Shown here piece by piece: positions 37,362 to 45,990 of a stretch of DNA of 64,000 bases. Under the pieces are notes generated by a model, which had not been told where the DNA came from, searched no databases, and saw nothing but the letters and a program-made list of their open reading frames with translations. Source of the DNA: a phage. Position numbers and translations under genes: made by a program. The stretch lies in sequence record PZ026127.1; one strand, written 5' to 3'. The stretch's first letter is position 1, and each line of letters starts with the position of its first letter.

Positions 37362-37718
37362 ATGATTAAGCAGATGACTATAGCGCTTATGTTGATTGCT
37401 CCGGGAGTATTAGCGTCACAAGTTTATGATAGTAATAATTCAATTGTCGAGTATGCTACCCGTACAGCAAAAGATTATTGTCATCCGAGTAATACTGAAT
37501 GCATTATCGAATTCAGTTCAAAAATCACAGCTGCTTTTAAAGATGGCCAGAACGACGTAGAGCATCGCCGAATGAAAGAGAAAACTCTTTCTAAAAGATA
37601 CGAGCAACGTCTAAACGTTACTGAATGTATTCCATCTGATAAAAAGTACAAAGAAATGTGCGCGTCTATGGTAGACAGACTCGTTGACTCATACAACCGA
37701 GGATTAAACTCTAAATGA
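37362..37718 (+). CDS. secreted/periplasmic hypothetical protein
   Basis: 118 aa; signal-peptide-like MIKQMTIALMLIAPGVLAS; 4 Cys. Confidence 0.55.
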   Translation: MIKQMTIALMLIAPGVLASQVYDSNNSIVEYATRTAKDYCHPSNTECIIEFSSKITAAFKDGQNDVEHRRMKEKTLSKRYEQRLNVTECIPSDKKYKEMCASMVDRLVDSYNRGLNSK

Positions 37719-38182
37719 TTATTGATTATATTAAGGGCGATATCGTCGCCCTGTTTCTTCAAGGTAATAATGTTGCACACGGGTGCAACTGTTTCCACAC
37801 AATGGGTTCAGGTGTAGCTGGGCAATTGGCTAAGGCTTATCCGCCTATTCTCGCTATTGATAAAACAACTTGTTTAGGTGATTTGGCAAAACTTGGTACG
37901 TTTACTCAAGCTACAGGTAATAAGGGTCAAATTTGCTATAATTTATACACCCAATACGAACCGGGCCCTAATCTTGATTACGGTGCTTTAGTAAACTGTA
38001 TGATAGAATTAAACCGTACCGCAAAGGGTCTTTTGTTTAAACCAAGAATTTATATCCCTCGCATCGGTTGTGGTATTGCTGGTGGTGATTGGGACAAGGT
38101 TTATCAATTGATTAATTTGTTTACTCCTGATATTAATTTAGTGGTGGTAGATTATGAAAGCCCATTACCCACATCCGTTTGA
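37715..38182 (+). CDS. macro-domain protein (ADP-ribose binding/hydrolase-like)
   Basis: 155 aa; motifs NNVAHGCNCFHTMGSGVAGQL (N..G.GVA..L) and IPRIGCGIAGGDWD (G.GI.GG) typical of macro domains. Confidence 0.65.
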   Translation: MIIDYIKGDIVALFLQGNNVAHGCNCFHTMGSGVAGQLAKAYPPILAIDKTTCLGDLAKLGTFTQATGNKGQICYNLYTQYEPGPNLDYGALVNCMIELNRTAKGLLFKPRIYIPRIGCGIAGGDWDKVYQLINLFTPDINLVVVDYESPLPTSV

Positions 38183-38366
38183 CCCTAAAAACAAAGCGGA
38201 AATTATTCGACGCTGGACCGAAACCCGAGTAACTAAATGCCCTATAAAAAGTCAACACAACACCGATAAATGGTATATTGGCGAATATGTTGAATATACT
38301 TTTATAGATAAAAATAAACGTAAACAGCATGTAGAAGAATATTGCTTAAAGGTGCAATGGTTATGA
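38154..38366 (+). CDS. hypothetical protein
   Basis: 70 aa ORF overlapping end of macro gene. Confidence 0.45.
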   Translation: MKAHYPHPFDPKNKAEIIRRWTETRVTKCPIKSQHNTDKWYIGEYVEYTFIDKNKRKQHVEEYCLKVQWL

Positions 38367-38548
38367 GTCTGAGTAAAGAACAGAAAGATAAATTGTTTGA
38401 GCTTATCCATGAACTTCTAGATGAGCATGCAGAAGCAAATTCTTTTTATGATGAATATGGCCCTATAGATGCCGAACACCTGGAAGAATTTGCCAATCGA
38501 TTTGATGAGAAAGAAAATGAATTAATAGCTTATGTAAATAGTCTTTAA
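38357..38548 (+). CDS. hypothetical acidic protein
   Basis: 63 aa from ATG 38357 (second ATG at 38363). Confidence 0.5.
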   Translation: MVMSLSKEQKDKLFELIHELLDEHAEANSFYDEYGPIDAEHLEEFANRFDEKENELIAYVNSL

Positions 38549-38557
38549 GAAGGTATT

Positions 38558-39130
38558 ATGGCCCAACTTTATTTTCACTACGCAGCAATGAATTCCGGGA
38601 AGACCGCTTCATTGCTAACAGCCGCTCATAACTACAAAGAACGTGGTATGGGCGTACTCCTTTTAAAGCCTGCGATAGACAATAGAGAATCAAGCCATAG
38701 CATTTCGTCTCGTATAGGGATTAGCCAAGAGGCTAATGCAGTGACTCCGGATATGGACCTATACGAGTTCTATCGTTGGGCTGAATCTCAAAAAGATATC
38801 CACTGTGTGTTTGTGGATGAAGCGCAGTTCTTAGAACCTGTACAGATAAAACAACTGGCAAAGATAGTAGACAATTATAATGTTCCAGTTATGTGCTATG
38901 GACTAAGAACTGATTTTCAGGGTAAACTGTTTCCTGGCTCTGCTGAATTACTCGCTACAGCAGATAAACTCGTTGAGTACAAAGGTGTGTGCCATTGTGG
39001 CCGTAAAGCTACTATGACTGCTAGGGTCCAGGATGGTATCGCAATTAAGGACGGCGCCCAAGTTTCTATAGGTGGCAACGATTCTTACGTGTCATTGTGC
39101 AGGAAGCACTGGATAGAAATAACGAGTTGA
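38558..39130 (+). CDS. tk: thymidine kinase
   Basis: 190 aa; P-loop AAMNSGKTASLL, ...CVFVDEAQFL...VPVM.YGLRTDF.GKLF.GS.ELLA.ADKL.E.K.VCHCG.KA.MTAR... matches recalled T4 Tk. Confidence 0.9.
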   Translation: MAQLYFHYAAMNSGKTASLLTAAHNYKERGMGVLLLKPAIDNRESSHSISSRIGISQEANAVTPDMDLYEFYRWAESQKDIHCVFVDEAQFLEPVQIKQLAKIVDNYNVPVMCYGLRTDFQGKLFPGSAELLATADKLVEYKGVCHCGRKATMTARVQDGIAIKDGAQVSIGGNDSYVSLCRKHWIEITS

Positions 39131-39137
39131 GGGTATT

Positions 39138-39416
39138 ATGGACCTAAATTCAAAGATTTTAATTCTAGCGTTCGCTGTGGCTATTTCTTATATTGTTCTT
39201 TCGCCTATCATGGATGATGTGGCTTACAAAAGAGAGATAGAGGTTGTAGCAGCGACGTATAATGCTAATAATAAAGAGTGTCCTAATAAAAACGGGATGG
39301 ATTTAATTAAAGCGCATTATATGCTTTCCATTACCTCGCCTATACAGAGGAATTGGGTTGAATATAATTTTAACGACGTGTTCTATTCTTATTGTCGTAA
39401 GCTTAAAAAGCTATAA
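39138..39416 (+). CDS. small membrane protein
   Basis: 92 aa; N-terminal TM helix ILILAFAVAISYIVLSPI. Confidence 0.5.
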   Translation: MDLNSKILILAFAVAISYIVLSPIMDDVAYKREIEVVAATYNANNKECPNKNGMDLIKAHYMLSITSPIQRNWVEYNFNDVFYSYCRKLKKL

Positions 39417-39508
39417 ATAATAATACTAACCGTAGAGCTTTAGCTTTTGGTAATCGCTATCGGTTAAGGCCGAAAGGCAAATAGTATAAAACAACAAAGG
39501 ACTTTTGT

Positions 39509-39802
39509 ATGGATATTTTCCGTACAGCGGCTTGTATCCTTATGGCGGGATGTTTAAGCCCTACAGTTTCACTAGCAAATGGTGCCAATGATAAATTGAT
39601 GGATGCATTTGCTAGTAGTGCGATGCCTGTTTATGCGCAAATGAGTAGACCCAGCGTAAAGGCCTCCGAAGACTATTGGGCCTATGTTACGGCTTCCTGG
39701 AAGATTTCAAGTTGTCGGACTATAGAAGCGTGCTCAATTGAAGGTCGGGCCATCGGAGAGCGTTATGTAAAACTAATGAAGGTGGAAGATGAAGTTCAAT
39801 GA
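39509..39802 (+). CDS. putative lipoprotein
   Basis: 97 aa; signal peptide with lipobox-like ILMAGC. Confidence 0.5.
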   Translation: MDIFRTAACILMAGCLSPTVSLANGANDKLMDAFASSAMPVYAQMSRPSVKASEDYWAYVTASWKISSCRTIEACSIEGRAIGERYVKLMKVEDEVQ

Positions 39803-40172
39803 TTTCGTACCCAGTCGAGGGTCTGAAGTGGATTCTTATATTGGTTGGCTACTGGTTTCTTTAGCCTATTTTAAGTCAGCCCATTTAGAAACCAAAAGCT
39901 ATGCAAGACACAAAGCGTATGACTTCTATTATGTAGAAGTTCAAGGACCACTGGACCAATTTAGTGAGCAATATCTTGGATTCAGTGGCAAAGAATATAA
40001 AGCATCATTACCGTCTGCTTCAGACTTGCCTAAGGACCCGGTAGATTTTCTTGACGAGCTTCTTAAAGCATCTGATAAAATCTATGACACCCTTCCTAAG
40101 GCCATCCAGTCGACTTTGGACGATATCACTGGCGTCTTTTACCAGACTAAGTATTTGCTGACGTTAGAATAA
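39789..40172 (+). CDS. hypothetical protein
   Basis: 127 aa ORF overlapping upstream stop. Confidence 0.5.
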   Translation: MKFNDFVPSRGSEVDSYIGWLLVSLAYFKSAHLETKSYARHKAYDFYYVEVQGPLDQFSEQYLGFSGKEYKASLPSASDLPKDPVDFLDELLKASDKIYDTLPKAIQSTLDDITGVFYQTKYLLTLE

Positions 40173-40175
40173 TCA

Positions 40176-40204
40176 AAGGTCTCACTTCGGTGGGACCTTT
40201 TTTC
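40176..40204 (+). terminator. intrinsic terminator
   Basis: GGUCUCAC-UUCG-GUGGGACC (8-bp stem, one G-U) followed by U6. Confidence 0.8.
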
Positions 40205-40212
40205 GTTTAGGT

Positions 40213-40243
40213 GTTTACATCCTCTAGGAACATGATACTATAG
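40213..40243 (+). promoter_or_regulatory. T4-type early promoter cassette
   Basis: GTTTAC 40213, -10 TACTAT 40236, TGATACTATAGACCTATCAA core; 9 nt after terminator (PeSL-like). Confidence 0.7.
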
Positions 40244-40269
40244 ACCTATCAACTAATGAGGAGAACAGT

Positions 40270-40506
40270 ATGAAACTTACAAGTACTACGGTTTCATTAG
40301 AATATGAAATCAACGGTCGTATCCTTGAGATTAAGATATTCGACGACCGAAGTATCTTCGCTGATTATCGAGGATACAGAATTCGTCTAGAAAAGGACGA
40401 GCTCAAGGAACCATGGCTCCTTAAAGACACATTAAAGGGTTGTGGATGTAAACTGAAGACTACCCAAGCCCAAGAATTAATTTCTACTATCAACAAATAC
40501 TGGTGA
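40270..40506 (+). CDS. hypothetical protein
   Basis: 78 aa; RBS GAGGAGAACAGTATG. Confidence 0.55.
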   Translation: MKLTSTTVSLEYEINGRILEIKIFDDRSIFADYRGYRIRLEKDELKEPWLLKDTLKGCGCKLKTTQAQELISTINKYW

Positions 40507-40510
40507 TATT

Positions 40511-40693
40511 ATGTTAACTACTGAACAGATTGAACAAATCCTTAAACTAGCTACTGCTATTGAACGTGATTCTTATGATAGTGCAGTAGAACATTGCGAA
40601 GGCTATTCATATTCCGGAATAGAGCAGTGTAAACGTGATTTGGCTAATTCTAAAGCGGCCTTGGTTGAGTATCTTAATGAGTTGAAAGCATAA
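40511..40693 (+). CDS. hypothetical protein
   Basis: 60 aa ORF. Confidence 0.45.
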   Translation: MLTTEQIEQILKLATAIERDSYDSAVEHCEGYSYSGIEQCKRDLANSKAALVEYLNELKA

Positions 40694-40814
40694 TGGCTGA
40701 TGGCACAGGAGCCTGAAGATGATTTACTATCTTGAACCTTGGGCTTGGTCAACAATGATTATAGGCCCTATTTTAATCGGTTTATTCTTTTCATGGTTAG
40801 TGAGGAAATTGTAA

Positions 40815-41012
40815 ATGTTATACGATCCAAATGGTTGTTCTGAAGATGGTGTGATTGCCCTTTTAGCAGATGTTGAAGAATCTGACGATGACGTCTTTGT
40901 TAAAGATTGGGAAGAAAAAGGTGGAATTACGCTCCAACAAGAAAATGATATGATTTGTCTGAATGCAGACCAAGTCGAAGAGCTTTATAGTATTTTAAAA
41001 CATAACCGTTGA
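40815..41012 (+). CDS. small acidic protein
   Basis: 65 aa; RBS GTGAGGAAATTGTAAATG; strongly acidic. Confidence 0.5.
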   Translation: MLYDPNGCSEDGVIALLADVEESDDDVFVKDWEEKGGITLQQENDMICLNADQVEELYSILKHNR

Positions 41013-41022
41013 GGAATAGAAA

Positions 41023-41583
41023 ATGATTATTGAAACAACTGAATTGTTTGGCGAACTGTCCGCTGAAGTAGTTAATAACGCAATTGAGCTTTCACAAGAA
41101 GACGATAAAATCGTACTGACTATCGCTGATATTAAACCGCTTTATGATTTAATGGTTTTAGATAGACACGATTATCTTAACGGTCGGGCTAGTGCTCCTA
41201 TCGATATCAATGATGATATGTTTGCCTATATCTATAAAAATGAAACCGGGTTTAATCTGGAAAATGGTATTGAATGTCTGAGCATCAGCGATTCTGATAA
41301 ATTCTTTGATTGTATTTTCAAACTGTTCCAGGAAGAATGCAAGCCGGAAGTTGAATGGAAAGTCCCTGGCCAAGATGCCGTGATTCGTTCTAGTGAAACC
41401 TTTGAAGGTGATGAAGAAGAACTGAATTATGATACTGAATTAACCGTGTATCAACATCAGGGCCGTGATTTGTTATCCTTGACCCAAAGACACGATGGTG
41501 AAAGTGAAGTGGTATTTACTAAAGACGAACTAAAAGTTTTAGTCTCTTATCTGAACTCTGTTATCCCAACTATGAACTCTTAA
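41023..41583 (+). CDS. highly acidic protein
   Basis: 186 aa; RBS GAGGAATAGAAAATG; by eye many more D/E than K/R. Confidence 0.55.
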   Translation: MIIETTELFGELSAEVVNNAIELSQEDDKIVLTIADIKPLYDLMVLDRHDYLNGRASAPIDINDDMFAYIYKNETGFNLENGIECLSISDSDKFFDCIFKLFQEECKPEVEWKVPGQDAVIRSSETFEGDEEELNYDTELTVYQHQGRDLLSLTQRHDGESEVVFTKDELKVLVSYLNSVIPTMNS

Positions 41584-41593
41584 GGAAAATATT

Positions 41594-42052
41594 ATGATTA
41601 TGATTATCAATGCAAACTCTTGGCACGCTAAACTTCATGACCGTTTTTATGACAGTCATTCTCGACCGCACTCTTTATGTGCTTACTTCTGGAAAATGGT
41701 TTGGGCTTGTTTTGCTTGTGCTGTTGTTGCAGGTAGTACGCTTTTTGGATTAACTGTTGCAGGTGTTGGTGTATTAGAGCATTTCTTTGTATTAAGTACC
41801 CCTGTTCTGTTGAGTCTAGGGTTTGTTTTAGGATTGGTTGCAATAGCTCTTATTATTGCGCTATCCATTGGTTTGGCATTCGGTGCGATGAATTTACACG
41901 CATGGTATGATGCCCGTAGAGAAGAAAAGGAACGGCAACGTATTCAAGCTGAGCGTGAAGGCCGAGAAACTAAAGAAAACATCGTTATTCAATACATTAA
42001 AGCTCGTAAATCTAAGGTCTGTCCGGTAATCCACTTCGAGGACAAAGAATGA
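41594..42052 (+). CDS. membrane protein
   Basis: 152 aa; two long hydrophobic helices then basic C-terminal tail. Confidence 0.55.
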   Translation: MIMIINANSWHAKLHDRFYDSHSRPHSLCAYFWKMVWACFACAVVAGSTLFGLTVAGVGVLEHFFVLSTPVLLSLGFVLGLVAIALIIALSIGLAFGAMNLHAWYDARREEKERQRIQAEREGRETKENIVIQYIKARKSKVCPVIHFEDKE

Positions 42053-43059
42053 GAACAGTTATGAAAGGCTACTTCGGTAGCCACCTTTATGGAACAAGTA
42101 CTCCAGAATCTGATGTTGATTTTAAAGAAATCTTTGTTCCACATCCGCGTGATATTCTGTTAGGTACGGCTATGAACCATACCAACCTGAATACGAATAA
42201 CACAGCTTCTAAAAACACTAAAGATGATGTTGACCACGAGCTTTACAGCCTGAAATATTTCTTTAAACTGGCTGCTGATGGCGAAACCGTTGCTCTGGAT
42301 ATGCTCCACACTCCACCTGAAATGGTGGTTAAATCTGATTTACCTGATGTATGGAAATTTATCCAAGACAATCGTTCTCGGTTCTATACGACTAACATGA
42401 AAGCCTATTTAGGGTACGTCCGTAAGCAAGCTTCTAAATATGGTGTTAAGGGTTCTCGACTAGCTGCACTGCGTGGTGTACTGGCTATTGTTAACCAGAT
42501 TCCTGAACAGTGGGTTGACTATCAAGAAGGAATCCCTGATAGACTTCGTCGTACTAAGGTAGAAGATATCAAACACAGACTCCCTGAAAATGAGTTCTGT
42601 GAATGGGTATTCCATAACCATGAGAAAACAGGCCCTCAAACGTTCTATACTGTTCTAGGACGTAAGTACCAAACTACTTTGTCTTTAATCGAGCTCAAGC
42701 AATCTCTGAATAAGCTTGATGCTGAATATGGCGAACGTGCTCGTAAGGCTGAAGCTAATGAAGGTATCGATTGGAAAGCTCTGAGCCATGCTTATCGTGC
42801 CGGTTATCAGTTGAAGGAAATCTATATGACCGGCGATCTCAAATATCCTTTACGTACAGCACCGTTTATCCTTGAAATCAAACAAGGGCTACATGCTTTT
42901 AAAGATGTGCAGGCTGAACTTGAAGCTATTGTAGATGAAGTCGAAACTAATGCTATCTGGGCCGCTAAGAATGGTATGCCTGATAAGGTAGACATGAAAT
43001 TCTGGGACAAGTTCGTTGAAGAGGTGTACCTAGAAAACCATAACTCGTATTATAAATGA
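42049..43059 (+). CDS. pol-beta-superfamily nucleotidyltransferase-like protein
   Basis: 336 aa; N-terminal YFGSHLYGTSTPESDVDF fits the G[GS]x9-13[DE]h[DE] NTase motif with a further acidic VALDMLH about 60 aa later. Confidence 0.5.
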   Translation: MRTVMKGYFGSHLYGTSTPESDVDFKEIFVPHPRDILLGTAMNHTNLNTNNTASKNTKDDVDHELYSLKYFFKLAADGETVALDMLHTPPEMVVKSDLPDVWKFIQDNRSRFYTTNMKAYLGYVRKQASKYGVKGSRLAALRGVLAIVNQIPEQWVDYQEGIPDRLRRTKVEDIKHRLPENEFCEWVFHNHEKTGPQTFYTVLGRKYQTTLSLIELKQSLNKLDAEYGERARKAEANEGIDWKALSHAYRAGYQLKEIYMTGDLKYPLRTAPFILEIKQGLHAFKDVQAELEAIVDEVETNAIWAAKNGMPDKVDMKFWDKFVEEVYLENHNSYYK

Positions 43060-43060
43060 T

Positions 43061-43082
43061 AAAAGGCCTTCGGGCCTTTTTT
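43061..43082 (+). terminator. intrinsic terminator
   Basis: AAGGCC-UUCG-GGCCUU followed by UUUUGGG directly after the NTase-like gene. Confidence 0.8.
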
Positions 43083-43101
43083 GGGTTTAGTGCAAAAAAG
43101 A

Positions 43102-43132
43102 GTTTACACTCTCGTAGAGCATGTTATTATGG
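43102..43132 (+). promoter_or_regulatory. T4-type early promoter cassette
   Basis: GTTTACA 43102, 16-bp spacer, TATTAT 43125; 20 nt after terminator (PeSL-like). Confidence 0.65.
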
Positions 43133-43167
43133 ACCTATCAAATCTACTGAGTGAAATGGAGAATATA

Positions 43168-44148
43168 ATGTTAACTATCAAAATCAACAAAGGTGTCTAT
43201 CGCGGTAATGAAATCTCTGGTACGTTCATGAGTTCAGGTAAAACCTGGTTCCCTAATAAAATTCATGAATCTGAAGCTCACCTCGGTGATGGTAAGGTAT
43301 TCGTACAGATTGATGGTGTTGAACGTGGTGTATGGGTATTCAAATCTGATATCGAAACCGAAGGTGCTGAAGCTCCTGTAGTGGTTACCGAATCTTCTGA
43401 AGAAATGAAACACCGCATCAACAAACGTTTTAAAGTAATGAACATGATGACTAATGGAATCATCGATGGTAAAATTCGTTCCCTTATCATCTCTGGTGCC
43501 GCAGGTATTGGTAAAACATATTCTTTGGATAAAGCATTACAGAATGCCCACGAAAATGAAACTATCGAATATAAATCAATCAACGGAAAGATTAGTGGAA
43601 TCGGTCTTTACGAGCAGCTTTGGAATAACCGCGGCCCTAATAGTGTTCTTCTTATTGATGATGTTGATGTATTCTCTGATATGGATATCCTGAACCTGTT
43701 AAAAGCAGCATTGGATACCGGTGAAAAACGTAAGGTGTGCTGGAGCACTTCAAGTTCTTACCTCGATGATAAAAATATCGATAAAGAATTCGAATACGAA
43801 GGCACCATCGTGTTCATCACCAACGTTGATATCGACCGTGAATTAGAGCGCGGAACTAAACTTGCTCCACACCTCCAGGCTTTAGTATCTCGTTCAGTTT
43901 ACTTAGACCTCGGAGTTCACTCTAACGAAGAGATTATGGTCCGTGTTGAAGACGTTATCCTGTCCACTGATATGATGCAAAACCGTGGTCTGACTGATGC
44001 CGAGACTTATCAAGCACTGTCCTGGATGAAGGCTAATGTATCTCGTCTTCGTAACGTATCATTACGTACAGCTCTTTATCTGGCGGACTTCATTGCCACC
44101 GATAAAAATGACTGGAGCGAAATCGCTGAAGTTACACTTCTGAAATAA
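43168..44148 (+). CDS. AAA+ ATPase
   Basis: 326 aa from ATG 43168; Walker A GAAGIGKTYSL, Walker B VLLIDDVDVF, sensor-1-like IVFITN. Confidence 0.65.
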   Translation: MLTIKINKGVYRGNEISGTFMSSGKTWFPNKIHESEAHLGDGKVFVQIDGVERGVWVFKSDIETEGAEAPVVVTESSEEMKHRINKRFKVMNMMTNGIIDGKIRSLIISGAAGIGKTYSLDKALQNAHENETIEYKSINGKISGIGLYEQLWNNRGPNSVLLIDDVDVFSDMDILNLLKAALDTGEKRKVCWSTSSSYLDDKNIDKEFEYEGTIVFITNVDIDRELERGTKLAPHLQALVSRSVYLDLGVHSNEEIMVRVEDVILSTDMMQNRGLTDAETYQALSWMKANVSRLRNVSLRTALYLADFIATDKNDWSEIAEVTLLK

Positions 44149-44158
44149 AGGTGAAATT

Positions 44159-44500
44159 ATGTTCGAACAATTTATTTACAATCTTTATAACGCAGGTCAG
44201 ACTTTTTCCAAAGCTATGAAACAGTCTGTTGAAGACTATATTAATGAATGTAGTACTAAGTTTTCTGAGAAATTCTATAAAAATCCGTGTAGTGGAGGAG
44301 ACTTCAGGAGACTGCGCTTGGCCGTTAACACCCAGGCCTTAATAAATCTAGACCGCAAGCAGGTAAAGTTGGCAGGCGACTTCCGAGATGAACTCTGCGC
44401 CATCAGGAATGAATATCGCATTCGTATTGAACACCAACGGAAAGAGAACACTCAATCCGCATGGTTTAGTGGTCAAGCCGGTGAAAAAAGTTTCTATTAG
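44159..44500 (+). CDS. hypothetical protein
   Basis: 113 aa ORF. Confidence 0.5.
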   Translation: MFEQFIYNLYNAGQTFSKAMKQSVEDYINECSTKFSEKFYKNPCSGGDFRRLRLAVNTQALINLDRKQVKLAGDFRDELCAIRNEYRIRIEHQRKENTQSAWFSGQAGEKSFY

Positions 44501-44502
44501 TT

Positions 44503-44553
44503 GTTTACATCTCCAGTAGAAATGATACTATAGACCTATCAACTACTGGAGGT
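44503..44553 (+). promoter_or_regulatory. early promoter cassette with SD-complementary spacer (compensatory variant)
   Basis: GTTTAC 44503, -10 TACTAT 44526; ATCTCCAGTAG (44509-44519) pairs with CTACTGGAGGT (44543-44553); paired G/A and C/T changes relative to the 33492 and 36294 copies. Confidence 0.7.
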
Positions 44554-44557
44554 TATC

Positions 44558-45082
44558 ATGAACGCTAAAGATATTTTTTCACTGATTAATTTCAACAACG
44601 GTAATTTCAAATCTGAAAAACAAAGCAAGTTCTTTAACGACGTTGCTTGTGGTAATGAGATTACCGTATCTGGAGGAGAGATTTACAAAAGCCGTTGGAA
44701 CTGGATTGTTATCATCGATTCAGTTGGTATTGTAGAGCTCTATAAAAACACTAACAAAAAACGTACTCTTCACTGGAGTCGTGAAACCAATCAAGCTTAT
44801 CAAGCTGAACGTAACAAACGTTTAATGCCTACCGAATCTGACCTGGCAAACGTTAAATCTGATATCGCTTATTTCGATAATCTGATTGCTGAACAACAAG
44901 CAGTTATTGATAAGTTTGACGAAATCAAAGCTTGTAAAGAGATTCCTGAATTTATGCGGGAATCAGTAAACGAACAGTACGCCCTCACTTCAGGTCGTAT
45001 CGAGCAGTACAAATCACAACGAGCTGAACGCCAAGCTCTGCTTCATAAATTTGAAGAGCGTTTAAAGACGGTTCTCGCATAA
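44558..45082 (+). CDS. hypothetical protein
   Basis: 174 aa ORF. Confidence 0.55.
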   Translation: MNAKDIFSLINFNNGNFKSEKQSKFFNDVACGNEITVSGGEIYKSRWNWIVIIDSVGIVELYKNTNKKRTLHWSRETNQAYQAERNKRLMPTESDLANVKSDIAYFDNLIAEQQAVIDKFDEIKACKEIPEFMRESVNEQYALTSGRIEQYKSQRAERQALLHKFEERLKTVLA

Positions 45083-45108
45083 ACGCTTTATACCAAGGAT
45101 GGTATAAT
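45082..45108 (+). promoter_or_regulatory. candidate middle/early promoter
   Basis: MotA-box-like AACGCTTTA, 12 bp, TATAAT at 45103; palindrome ATACCA/TGGTAT within spacer. Confidence 0.45.
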
Positions 45109-45145
45109 GGTTCTAGGTTCTTAATTACTTACTGAGGAAATTATT

Positions 45146-45988
45146 ATGTCACAGGCAATTAATCAAATTCGTTCTGAAGTTAAAAAAGTTATTAAATTTG
45201 GTCGTATTCCACTGAATAAAGAAGTGGTTGAAAAGGTTTTGGCCATGATGTGGGAAAAGTTTGAAGTTTGTATTTCTGTAGATGAATTCACTAAAATATT
45301 TGACAAGACTAAAGGTTTGTTTACGTTAGAAGACCGAGTCATGAAATCTCTTCACAGGGCCGGTATGTTGACTCGTGCTAACGCCAGAATTATTCTTAGA
45401 AATTATAACAAAGGCTATGACCTCTATGGTCGTTTAATTCCAGCGATGTCATTTGATGAAGTTGTTAAAGACCTTCGTACTAACCAACGTCGTTTACTAG
45501 CACTGGGTGCTCGCCTTGCAAAAGGTCAAGATAAGCAAATGCCATTTAAGACTAATGGTTCAGGCGATTGGATTATCTTTAATATTGTCAACCAACCAGG
45601 TAACGAAAACGAGTATCTTACTTCAACTTTTAGTGGTTGTCAATATGACAACTGGAAATTCCATCTTCGATTGGCTTTGTCCGAACTCGAACGTAGTGGT
45701 ATTCTTACCTTCGATAATGTTAATACCAGTACAGGCTGGCGTATTAAACTTGTTAAGCCAGGTAATGATGTTAAGAGTCATTCAGAAGCTCCTAAACCGG
45801 AACCTGTACCAGTGCGCAGCAATGAGAAGCACCAAGCTCAAATCGAGTATTTTAGCAATTTGCTTACTTGTCTTAATGTTACAATTCAACAACAAGATGA
45901 TGAGATTTTCCGACTCTCTGGTCTGAATGCTAAAGCCGAGGCTGAACGTCAAAAATATATCGATATCCTAAATCTTCTTAAGGATTAA
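45146..45988 (+). CDS. hypothetical protein with C-terminal coiled coil
   Basis: 280 aa; RBS GAGGAAATTATTATG. Confidence 0.6.
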   Translation: MSQAINQIRSEVKKVIKFGRIPLNKEVVEKVLAMMWEKFEVCISVDEFTKIFDKTKGLFTLEDRVMKSLHRAGMLTRANARIILRNYNKGYDLYGRLIPAMSFDEVVKDLRTNQRRLLALGARLAKGQDKQMPFKTNGSGDWIIFNIVNQPGNENEYLTSTFSGCQYDNWKFHLRLALSELERSGILTFDNVNTSTGWRIKLVKPGNDVKSHSEAPKPEPVPVRSNEKHQAQIEYFSNLLTCLNVTIQQQDDEIFRLSGLNAKAEAERQKYIDILNLLKD

Positions 45989-45990
45989 TT

